From: Promethearchaeia archaeon
Lineage (GTDB): Archaea; Asgardarchaeota; Lokiarchaeia; Sigyniarchaeales; SOKP01
Direction of reading: 5' to 3'
Assembly: GCA_046483985.1 (NCBI GenBank)
Contig: JAWOCD010000091.1
Coordinates: forward strand, 1 to 32,433
DNA length: 32,433 nucleotides
The translations under genes and the position numbers were made by a program. Positions 19,493 through 28,194 of the stretch are shown in pieces (positions within the stretch are counted from its first letter, which is position 1; every line of letters begins with the position of its first letter). Under the pieces are notes generated by a model. The model was not told the origin of the DNA. It did not search any database and saw only the letters and a list, made by a program, of their open reading frames with translations.

Positions 19493-22414
19493 ATGACATA
19501 CATCGAATCCATAGAGGATTGCGATCCTAAAGACCTTACACCCATGATGCGACACTGGTACAGTATAAAAAAGAAAAACTCAGAACATCTTATCGCTTAT
19601 AGAATGGGAGATTTTTATGAATTTTTCTTTGATGACGCAGTAAAGGTTTCCAAACTTTTAGGACTTACCCTCACCAAAAGAAAGACTAGTGATGATTCTT
19701 ATCCGTTAGCCGGAATACCCCATCATGCTGGGAATTACTTAAATAATTTAGTGAAAGCCGGACAAACAGTAGTAATCGTAGAACAACTAGAAGATCCCTC
19801 AAATGTAAAAGGGCGAATTATTAAACGGGGGGTGGTTAGGATATTATCTCCCGGAACTGTAACGGAGGCAGATATGTTAGAGTCTGAAGAAAATAACTAT
19901 ATTGCCTCCTTGGTAAAAAATAGAAAAGGTTATGGGGTAGCTTTTTCCGATATCTCCACAGGTGAATTTGTATGTGCGGAATTTTCTTCTAAAAATCAAG
20001 ACCCTTTAGAAAAACTGCTCAGTATCTTTACCCAATATGATCCAGTTGAATTGATATTACCTGAAGAATTGAAAAAAGATGAAAAACTTTTCATATATTT
20101 AACTGATTTAACCGACGCATTAATAAAAACCTATAAGGATTACGTGTTTACATTTAATGAGGCAAAGGATTTAATCAAAAGACATTTTAATGTATCAAAC
20201 CTTAAGGGATTTGGGCTTGAAGGACATAAGTTGGCAATCGAAGCGTCTGGAGGGCTTCTTGCATTTTTAAAGGAAACGCAGAGAGATGTTATCCCTAATA
20301 TCTTTAAAATTAATCTCATACAAGAAAAAAATATTTTACATTTAGACTATATTACGCAAAGAAATTTAGAACTGACCACCTCCTTACGGGAAAAGGGAAG
20401 GGATGCAACATTATTTTCAATTTTTAATCATACAAATACCCCAATGGGATCCAGATTATTAAAAAAAGTAATCCTCCAACCACTCACGGATATAGACCGC
20501 ATTACTGAGCGTCTAAATATTGTCCAAAAATTTAAAGATGACATTTTTCTCCGGTCTGATCTAAGGGAAGAACTTAACTCGGTAGGTGATTTAGAGCGAT
20601 TTATTAATCGTATAAATTATACAAATAGAACTAATGCCCGAGATCTCCTAAATATTAAAAATTCATTGAAGAATATTCCTAAAATTAAAAATCTCTTAAA
20701 AAAAGCCGAAATTCCCGAGATAAAGAGATTTTTGGATGGGATTAGAGATTTTCACGATATCAAAAAGTTAATTGAAGATTCGATCAAAGAAGATGCTCCC
20801 ACTACCGTGAAGGAGGGAGATATAATAAAGGACGGATATGATTCGGAAGTCGATGATCTTAGAGACACGCTGAATAATGGTAAGACCTATCTTTTAAATT
20901 ATGAAAAAGAGCAAAAAAAGAGGCTTGATTTGAAATCTGGGTTAAAAGTGGGACATAATAATATTTTAGGGTACTATATTCAAATTACAAAAAATACGCT
21001 TAAATCAATTAAGTCATTACCAGAAGAATATATTGAAAGACAGACTCTTAAGAATTCCAAGCGATATACCACGACTAAATTGAAAGAGTTAGAGGATGAT
21101 ATCGTTGCCGCAGAAGAGAAAATCAATGATCTGGAATATGAAGTGTTTAAATCAATTAGGACCGAGGTTCTGGAGAAAACAGAAGGAATTTTAAATACCG
21201 CTCATCATTTGGCTTTTGTAGATGTTTTAGCATGCTTTGCGGAGATTGCCGAAAAAAATAATTACTGCAGACCGCTGATAAATGATAGTAATGAAATAAA
21301 AATTAAAGAAGGGCGACATCCCGTGGTAGAAAAGATTGATCTAAGCGAGCCCTTTATTCCTAATGATTGTTATATAGATAATGAAAAGGAACAAATCCTA
21401 ATTATTACGGGACCTAATATGTCCGGGAAGAGTACCTTTCTACGGCAAGTCGCATTAATCTGTATAATAGCACAGATGGGATGTTATGTCCCCGCAAAAG
21501 CGGCGGAGATCGGCATTATCGATCAGATCTTTACACGAATCGGAGCTTCCGATGATCTGGCAAGAAGATTAAGTACATTTATGATTGAAATGACAGAAAC
21601 CGCCAAGATCCTGAATTATGCCGGAGAAAAAAGTTTAGTGATCATCGATGAATTAGGACGAGGTACCAGCACAAGCGACGGGCAAAGCATCGCAATGGCA
21701 ACCTTAGAAAAGCTGCATGAGCTGAGGGCGAAAACTTTGTTCAGCACCCATTATCACCAGTTAACTGAAATTGATCTCCCGCGTATTAAGAATTATCACC
21801 TCGACATTATCAAAAACAAGGATGGAACCATCAATTTTGTAAGAAAGCTGAAACCAGGAAGTACAGATAAATCTTACGGAATACACGTTGCAAATTTGGC
21901 TGGTATTCCAGAAGATGTCATTATAAGAGCATATGAAATACTGGAACTCATAGATAAGGAAGACCAGTTTAAAGCGGCTGTTCGTTCCAATAATGATCAA
22001 AATAAAAACGGAAAATATCATGATATGTTTATTGAACGAAAAAAAGATCGGCTCAATAATCTCAATCAGCGATTACAAGAAAGAAAGCAAGAATTACAGG
22101 AATATGAGGATACCTTATCCGAAAAAGACAGACTCTTGGATCAGAAAGATTCGAAGTTACAGTCTTTAGAGGAAAAAATTAAAGACATTAAAAATAAGAT
22201 AAAGGATGCGCAAAAAAAACCGAAAAAGAAGAAGAGCAAATATGTTCAAACCAGCTTTTTTAAACCCGTGGTAAAAAAGGAAAAGGTCATGGACGAAAAT
22301 ATCAAAAAAGTAATTCATCTGATAGAAAATCTCGATATAAATTCATTAACTCCTGTGGATGCCATGCAAAAATTAATAGAAATTAGGAAAAAACTCGAAG
22401 ATTTAAATCTTTAA
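19493..22414 (+). CDS. mutS: DNA mismatch repair protein MutS (MutS1)
   Basis: TPMM..., RMGDFYEFF mismatch-binding motif, Walker A GPNMSGKST, STFMIEM, DELGRGTS, SYGIHVA.LAG. Confidence 0.98.
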   Translation: MTYIESIEDCDPKDLTPMMRHWYSIKKKNSEHLIAYRMGDFYEFFFDDAVKVSKLLGLTLTKRKTSDDSYPLAGIPHHAGNYLNNLVKAGQTVVIVEQLEDPSNVKGRIIKRGVVRILSPGTVTEADMLESEENNYIASLVKNRKGYGVAFSDISTGEFVCAEFSSKNQDPLEKLLSIFTQYDPVELILPEELKKDEKLFIYLTDLTDALIKTYKDYVFTFNEAKDLIKRHFNVSNLKGFGLEGHKLAIEASGGLLAFLKETQRDVIPNIFKINLIQEKNILHLDYITQRNLELTTSLREKGRDATLFSIFNHTNTPMGSRLLKKVILQPLTDIDRITERLNIVQKFKDDIFLRSDLREELNSVGDLERFINRINYTNRTNARDLLNIKNSLKNIPKIKNLLKKAEIPEIKRFLDGIRDFHDIKKLIEDSIKEDAPTTVKEGDIIKDGYDSEVDDLRDTLNNGKTYLLNYEKEQKKRLDLKSGLKVGHNNILGYYIQITKNTLKSIKSLPEEYIERQTLKNSKRYTTTKLKELEDDIVAAEEKINDLEYEVFKSIRTEVLEKTEGILNTAHHLAFVDVLACFAEIAEKNNYCRPLINDSNEIKIKEGRHPVVEKIDLSEPFIPNDCYIDNEKEQILIITGPNMSGKSTFLRQVALICIIAQMGCYVPAKAAEIGIIDQIFTRIGASDDLARRLSTFMIEMTETAKILNYAGEKSLVIIDELGRGTSTSDGQSIAMATLEKLHELRAKTLFSTHYHQLTEIDLPRIKNYHLDIIKNKDGTINFVRKLKPGSTDKSYGIHVANLAGIPEDVIIRAYEILELIDKEDQFKAAVRSNNDQNKNGKYHDMFIERKKDRLNNLNQRLQERKQELQEYEDTLSEKDRLLDQKDSKLQSLEEKIKDIKNKIKDAQKKPKKKKSKYVQTSFFKPVVKKEKVMDENIKKVIHLIENLDINSLTPVDAMQKLIEIRKKLEDLNL

Positions 22415-22485
22415 TGAGAAAAATTTTTGTTTTGTGAATTCTTTATGTCAATAACATATTTTTTTCGAAATTTCGTGATAAAAAA

Positions 22486-23388
22486 ATGATTGAGATTAAA
22501 GGAGTAGATAAAGAAAAATGCATAAAATGCTTAAAATGCGTAAAAGCTTGTCCCGTAAATTTATTTCAAAAATCTCCAACTAAAGTCGGCAAAAAACGTC
22601 AGGTCAAGTTTAGTGATTCAGTGGGAATTTGCATTATGTGCGGGCATTGTGTAGCTATCTGCCCGACAGATGCTGTTGTTTATGAAAGTGAAGAACCCTT
22701 TGAGGAATTTGATGGGATAAAAGAACCCTCAAAAATATGTTCTTATGATACTTTCATGCGTTTAACGAGAAGTCGGCGTTCAATTCGACAATACAAGGAT
22801 AAAGAGGTAAAGGAAAAAGATATAGAAGCGGTCTTAACTGCCATGAAATACGCTCCCAGTTCAAGAAATGCGCAAAAATGGCAATATGCAGTTGTTCAAG
22901 ACCAAGAGGTAATTAATCATATGAGACAGGCAACTATTAAGATGTTAAAATTGCTTAAAAAGTTACTAAAGTACGGAAAATATCTGAAATTCCTTCTTCC
23001 AAAAAGATATAAAACAATGATTGAGGATCCAACAAGAGAGCACAGTTTAGATCGACAGTTAGAAGAGTTAGAGAGGGGAGGAGATCATATATTTTATAAC
23101 GCCCCCGTGGTCATTGTGATATATTCTTCAGTTTATGGAAGTGAAATAATGGCCGGAAACGATGCTGGAATTGCATTTTCTCATGGAATGCAAGCAGCTC
23201 AAACGAGAGGATTAGGGACTTGTTGGATAGGATATGCCCAAGAAGCCATAAATAGGACTGATGATTTAAAAGAGGAACTTAATATCGACGAAGAGATGAC
23301 TATCACGGGAGTGATGGTTTTGGGACATCCAGCAGCAGAGTATAGAAAAGTCCCGCCAAGAGAGCCGTTAAAGATTCGATGGATCTAG
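22486..23388 (+). CDS. Nitroreductase family protein with N-terminal 2x[4Fe-4S] ferredoxin
   Basis: CIKCLKCVKACP and CIMCGHCVAICP; RRSIRQY, APSSRNAQKW, GLGTCWIG. Confidence 0.93.
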   Translation: MIEIKGVDKEKCIKCLKCVKACPVNLFQKSPTKVGKKRQVKFSDSVGICIMCGHCVAICPTDAVVYESEEPFEEFDGIKEPSKICSYDTFMRLTRSRRSIRQYKDKEVKEKDIEAVLTAMKYAPSSRNAQKWQYAVVQDQEVINHMRQATIKMLKLLKKLLKYGKYLKFLLPKRYKTMIEDPTREHSLDRQLEELERGGDHIFYNAPVVIVIYSSVYGSEIMAGNDAGIAFSHGMQAAQTRGLGTCWIGYAQEAINRTDDLKEELNIDEEMTITGVMVLGHPAAEYRKVPPREPLKIRWI

Positions 23389-23416
23389 ACCTTAAAAAAA
23401 AAAAATAAAAAATTTT

Positions 23417-24139
23417 TTATTCAACTGGTTTTAAACCATAATACATGAACCAAAAACTCGAGAGGTAAACAATTCTTACCAAGATTACTCCAATTCCAGG
23501 TTGGGTAAATCCTTCAAAGAGTCCAGCGAAACCGTAACTAAAGGCTCCGAGAGCTAAAGCGATAAATTTCTTCTTTAATGTCCCCGTGGTTTTTGTACTT
23601 TTATACAATAACCCGCCCCCGAAAATAAGGATTACAGGGAAAAGCATTAAGGCTAAAAAAATACCAGCCAGTGATGTAACGTTTATATTATAATCCCATA
23701 AGCGAGGGTCAGACTTTTCATAAAAACCCGTATAAAAAGAAGAGTCAGAGAAACTGAAAATTAAGAAATAGAAAATAATCCCCATAATTAAATAAACTAA
23801 GATAAAATATTTAGCCTTCTCCGGAAATAGAATCCGGGCAGCTATATATATTGCAATTACCATCACCAGAGGGAACCAAATATAACTGGATAATGGAGTT
23901 CCTAACTTCTCGAAATTTTGTTCCCTTATTAATAGCCAACCAAAGTCCAATAATACGCCTAAATACATTAGGCCCGCAAACGAGCTAACCAAACCCAGAA
24001 GTTGAAGCATTTTCACATTCTTTTTATGACCTTGATAAATGAAAAATACCCCAAAAATGACGCCAAGGATAACAACTAAGGATCCCGTGATGGCATCAAT
24101 AAGTCCTAATATTGAAAAGTCTAATAATGAATATGCCAT
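23417..24139 (-). CDS. Hypothetical ~7-TM membrane protein
   Basis: 240 aa with about seven hydrophobic segments. Confidence 0.8.
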   Translation of the reverse strand: MAYSLLDFSILGLIDAITGSLVVILGVIFGVFFIYQGHKKNVKMLQLLGLVSSFAGLMYLGVLLDFGWLLIREQNFEKLGTPLSSYIWFPLVMVIAIYIAARILFPEKAKYFILVYLIMGIIFYFLIFSFSDSSFYTGFYEKSDPRLWDYNINVTSLAGIFLALMLFPVILIFGGGLLYKSTKTTGTLKKKFIALALGAFSYGFAGLFEGFTQPGIGVILVRIVYLSSFWFMYYGLKPVE

Positions 24140-24275
24140 TTTATTCAGAATTTCACTTTATTATTAATTTACCAATAATATTTATTATACCTTTTAAACT
24201 TATAAAAGTTGATTATCATATTTTATTTTGAGAAATGTTATTTTAAAGCAATTTAAATGCCAAACGGATAAACCT

Positions 24276-26264
24276 ATGAATTTAGACCGAAGAAAAATTA
24301 AAAAGATAGAAGAATATGAAAAGATTGCGGCCGGTGAAGTCATTGAACGACCGGCAAATGTGGTCAAGGAATTAATTGAAAATAGTATAGATGCCAATGC
24401 TCAAGAGATCCGACTTATCCTTAAAGAAGCGGGAAAGCAGTTAATTCAAGTAATCGATGATGGGGTCGGTATTCCTTCAAATGAAGTGGAATTAGCATTT
24501 GCCCGGCATACCAGTAGTAAAATCAGGAATATAGATGATTTGGAACATTTAAACACCCTCGGATTTCGTGGAGAAGCGCTTGCAAGCATTGCTGCGGTAA
24601 GCAAAGTGGAAATCATCACCAGAACAGCCGAAAAAAAGAATGGAATTCAAATGGTTATTGAGGGGGGAAAAACAAAAAGAAAAGGGGTTATCTCTTGTCC
24701 TGTGGGAACTAATATAAAGGTTAAGAATCTTTTTTATAATCTTCCCGCCAGAAGGAAATTCTTAAAAACTAATTCGACTGAGTTAGGTCATATCTCGGAT
24801 TTTGTACAAAGGTATGCTCTTGCAAACCCAGAAATACATTTTATTTATATGCATAATGATCTGGATATCCTTAACTGTCCTGCTTCAAATGATTTAAAGA
24901 CCACTGTGTTTCATATATATGGAAAAAAAACCGCAAAATATATGGAACCTATTAATTTCTCGGAAGAGCATGGCATATTAAGGGTACATGGTCTTTTGGG
25001 TCATCCGCGGATAGCGAAAAAACGTCGAAGAAGTTCCAGTATCTTTTTAAATAAACGATATATCATCAGTGATCTGCTTTTTAACGCTGTTAAGGAAGCC
25101 TATAAAGGGGCTCTAATGGTCGGGAAATATCCATTCGTGATCCTCTTTTTGGAGCTGGAACCCCAGATTGTCGATTTTAATATCCATCCTAAGAAGTTAA
25201 AGGTACGATTTGAAAACGATCGATTCATTTCAAATAGAATATCCCATGTGATCCGAAATTTTGTGGAGGAAAAATTCATAGAACAAGGAGATGAGTATTT
25301 AGAAACGGAACTCAATCAATACTCGTCAGAAGAGGAGGGCTCCAGAGAAACCGCTCAAAAGGAAAGCATAGAAACTTTAAATGAAAGTGGAAACCCAAGT
25401 TCCTTACCAACACATCATACAGAAAGAGAAGGATCTAAACTCGATGCCGAAGGAATCGCACAGAGAAAAGATTTTGGTGAAGCACATATCACGACAAGGG
25501 AAGGAGCAAGAGATGAGACAAAGCAAGCTGAAAAAGGACTTAAACTCGAGAAAAAGGTGCAACTTCACCTCACAGATCATCTGGAAGATAAATCCTTAGA
25601 GGAAATTTCGGATAAAGAAACTTATCTTAGAAATAAATATCTCCAATTCGAGAGCTTCCCACGGCTCAGGCTTATTTCCTCCACCGGACAACTCTCTAAT
25701 AAGAGATATATTGTCCTGGAGGGAATAAACCAAGACGGAGAAGAGGGACTTTATTTACTCGATCAACACGCTGCTTCTGAACGTATTAACAAGGAATTCT
25801 TTTACCGGCAATTAGAATCCTCAAAAAAACAAAGACAAACATTAATATCTCCGGTTAAAATTCAACTAAGCCCCCGTAACACTTTCTTTTTGCAAGAAAA
25901 TATGGATGAAATCAAAAAGTTGGGGTTCGATTTGGAGCATTTCGGAGGGAATACATTTATATTGCGAGGATTTCCTACCATTTATGGGAAAGTGCTTGAT
26001 GAAACGGTTATCAGAGAAATCATCGAGGACCTTACCGAGATTGGAAAGGATCAAACCTTTTCCGAAGTGGAGGAGGAGATTATTAATTATCTTGCATGCC
26101 ATCGGAGTATCCGAGGGGGGGATGATCTCTCCCTTAAAGATATTCGAAGGTTACTCATCCGATTAGCAAAATGTAAGGATTCTTACCATTGCGCTCACGG
26201 ACGACCCACCTTACGCTTTTTCTCCTTTAAGGAAATAGACAAACTATTTAAGCGAACGGGGTAA
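24276..26264 (+). CDS. mutL: DNA mismatch repair endonuclease MutL
   Basis: IAAGEVIERPANVVKELIENSIDA, GFRGEALASI, DQHAASERINKE endonuclease motif, ACHRS, CAHGRP. Start placed at ATG 24276 rather than TTG 24228. Confidence 0.97.
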   Translation: MNLDRRKIKKIEEYEKIAAGEVIERPANVVKELIENSIDANAQEIRLILKEAGKQLIQVIDDGVGIPSNEVELAFARHTSSKIRNIDDLEHLNTLGFRGEALASIAAVSKVEIITRTAEKKNGIQMVIEGGKTKRKGVISCPVGTNIKVKNLFYNLPARRKFLKTNSTELGHISDFVQRYALANPEIHFIYMHNDLDILNCPASNDLKTTVFHIYGKKTAKYMEPINFSEEHGILRVHGLLGHPRIAKKRRRSSSIFLNKRYIISDLLFNAVKEAYKGALMVGKYPFVILFLELEPQIVDFNIHPKKLKVRFENDRFISNRISHVIRNFVEEKFIEQGDEYLETELNQYSSEEEGSRETAQKESIETLNESGNPSSLPTHHTEREGSKLDAEGIAQRKDFGEAHITTREGARDETKQAEKGLKLEKKVQLHLTDHLEDKSLEEISDKETYLRNKYLQFESFPRLRLISSTGQLSNKRYIVLEGINQDGEEGLYLLDQHAASERINKEFFYRQLESSKKQRQTLISPVKIQLSPRNTFFLQENMDEIKKLGFDLEHFGGNTFILRGFPTIYGKVLDETVIREIIEDLTEIGKDQTFSEVEEEIINYLACHRSIRGGDDLSLKDIRRLLIRLAKCKDSYHCAHGRPTLRFFSFKEIDKLFKRTG

Positions 26265-26360
26265 CGCCTATATTTAAAGATTAAAAAAAGTTAAAAAAAG
26301 AAAATATTTACATGGTAAAGCCCAAATTATTCTCTTGCAGTATGTCTAACTGGGACCTTC

Positions 26361-26630
26361 TTACGCCTTGGAAAAGGCAATAGCTTCAATTCCTTGAATG
26401 CCGTCTACTCCTTCGAAAAACCCTTCAACCTTATCCGTCCCCCCCCATTCTTCGGGATACCTGACTCTTACTCGTGCTTTTTCAAGCCCGAAGGCGACCG
26501 GCATGATCTCATATTTCTCAATCTTACACGCGTCTGGTAAAGTCTTTTCCAATTTTTGAACCAATGATTCAAAATCAGCGTCTGTATCTTCTGGAATGAC
26601 ATCAATTAATGCTATGTGGTAATCTCCCAT
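26361..26630 (-). CDS. ef1b: Archaeal translation elongation factor 1-beta
   Basis: 89 aa; V.PE..D.D...L, PVAFGL, GGTDKVE....V.GI. Confidence 0.92.
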   Translation of the reverse strand: MGDYHIALIDVIPEDTDADFESLVQKLEKTLPDACKIEKYEIMPVAFGLEKARVRVRYPEEWGGTDKVEGFFEGVDGIQGIEAIAFSKA

Positions 26631-26743
26631 CTTAATATGACCTTTTGTGTTTTTACTATATATTTGATAATTATTACTAATTTTAATCTTTTTTGAAAAG
26701 AAAGCAACACAAAATTAAAATAATTAAAATCTTTCTTATATAT

Positions 26744-26920
26744 ATGTCTTTGTTAAAGAAACAGACTTGTAGCGGATGTGGTCGCGTCATTACCCCAGTT
26801 GAAGATGCAGTAAACTTCCCTTGCCCGGAGTGTGGAGACGTAATGATTTGGCGATGCGAGCGCTGTAGGGATATGGGCAAGAGTTATACATGTTTAAAGT
26901 GTGATTTTGTTGGGCCTTAG
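26744..26920 (+). CDS. Small Zn-ribbon protein (COG2888/DUF1610, HVO_2753-like)
   Basis: CSGCG..ITPVEDAVNFPCPECG..IWRCERCR....YTC.KCDFVGP. Start placed at ATG 26744. Confidence 0.9.
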   Translation: MSLLKKQTCSGCGRVITPVEDAVNFPCPECGDVMIWRCERCRDMGKSYTCLKCDFVGP

Positions 26921-27580
26921 ACTTTCTATTTGAAAGAGGGCGGTCTTCCTTTCATATCGACTGAAATCTTGGTCTCGACATCGGTGTATCCCCTGTATTC
27001 CTTGCAGAGGGGGGATAAATGTGATCTGGTCGGAACGGGAAATAACTAGCTATCAAATATTATGAATTTATTCTTTACATCAATCTTTAAATTAATTATT
27101 TTATTAAATGCATCATAAACCATTCGATAGGCCTAACGGACGGTGTTTTATCGCATGATAAATCCCACCCAAAGGTTTCTTCTTCTTATCCATAGTCAAT
27201 ATTGATTATTATTTATCTTTGTTCAGTTGGTCTAATAGAGTTTGAAAGACGTCAACTTGTGGGATGGTCTGAAAGAGAAGCTTTCTCATTTAGTAGGATT
27301 TTAAACTAATCCTTAGTCCATAAATCGCATGCAAATCTTTATCAAGCTTTTCCAATTACTTTTTTAAATCATTTTTTCAGATCAGTCTTACTAAATTAAA
27401 AATTTAAATTCAAAATAAATAATAGTAATATTATACAATAAAGGTTTTATTAGAATTAATAAATTCTAAGTATATGTCATAATTGTATAATTGTAAGACT
27501 CAAATTATCAAATCAATTAATATTTAAGAATAAGGTGAAGAGAGACGCCAAAAAATAAAGTCAAGAAATATTTTAATCTA

Positions 27581-28072
27581 GTGGAATGCTGGGCTTGGTG
27601 TGATATATGTCATGATATGGTTGCATTGAGAGTAGATAAGGAGGAGATCATAAATGGGCTTCAGACAGGCATATATACCAAGGAATATAAACATAAGAAC
27701 CCACACCCCGATGAGGAAGATCCCGATGACAACAGCGGCGAAGAGCATACAATTTATGTCTATATTAACGATCAGTTTGATATTACTGGCGTAAAATCAT
27801 TCTTCGGAGATGCACCGAGTTCGGAAGAAGTAGAAAAAGGTGCCACCGGAGAAGAGGTTCGAATCCCAATCGTTGTAAAGGAAATCCCTGAAATGAGTGT
27901 GCATTTAGGCATGTTGACTCCAGAAGAATACAAAGTTCTGAAAATCTGTGACGGGATGAATACTATTGAGCAAGTTGCTGATATCGCCGAAAAAAACGTG
28001 GAAGATATTGTACAAATGATGGACAAGCTTCGGGACAAAGGGCTCGTCAAAGTTATTAAAAGAAAGAAATAA
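27581..28072 (+). CDS. Hypothetical protein with N-terminal Cys/His metal site and C-terminal winged helix (start may be ACG at 27545)
   Basis: CDIC..H motif; LTPEEYKVLKICDGMNTIEQVADIAEK...MMDKLRDKGLV is HTH-like. Confidence 0.75.
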   Translation: MECWAWCDICHDMVALRVDKEEIINGLQTGIYTKEYKHKNPHPDEEDPDDNSGEEHTIYVYINDQFDITGVKSFFGDAPSSEEVEKGATGEEVRIPIVVKEIPEMSVHLGMLTPEEYKVLKICDGMNTIEQVADIAEKNVEDIVQMMDKLRDKGLVKVIKRKK

Positions 28073-28194
28073 CTTCTTTTGTCTATTTATATTTTTATTA
28101 AAGTTATTAACCCTCTTTATAAAATGTGATCTCTCTTTTTGATGAATCTTTTTTTTGATGACACGGTTATGTTAAAGAATAATGTGGTGGTAAA

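Noticed and set aside
9252-26630. Additional frame-breaking BHB introns in por, mutS, mutL and ef1b
   Set aside because: These ORFs are continuous with intact conserved motifs. Short in-frame introns cannot be fully excluded without a computational BHB scan.
24200-26880. Short ORFs overlapping mutL and the Zn-ribbon gene
   Set aside because: Antisense or alternate-frame shadows of conserved genes.
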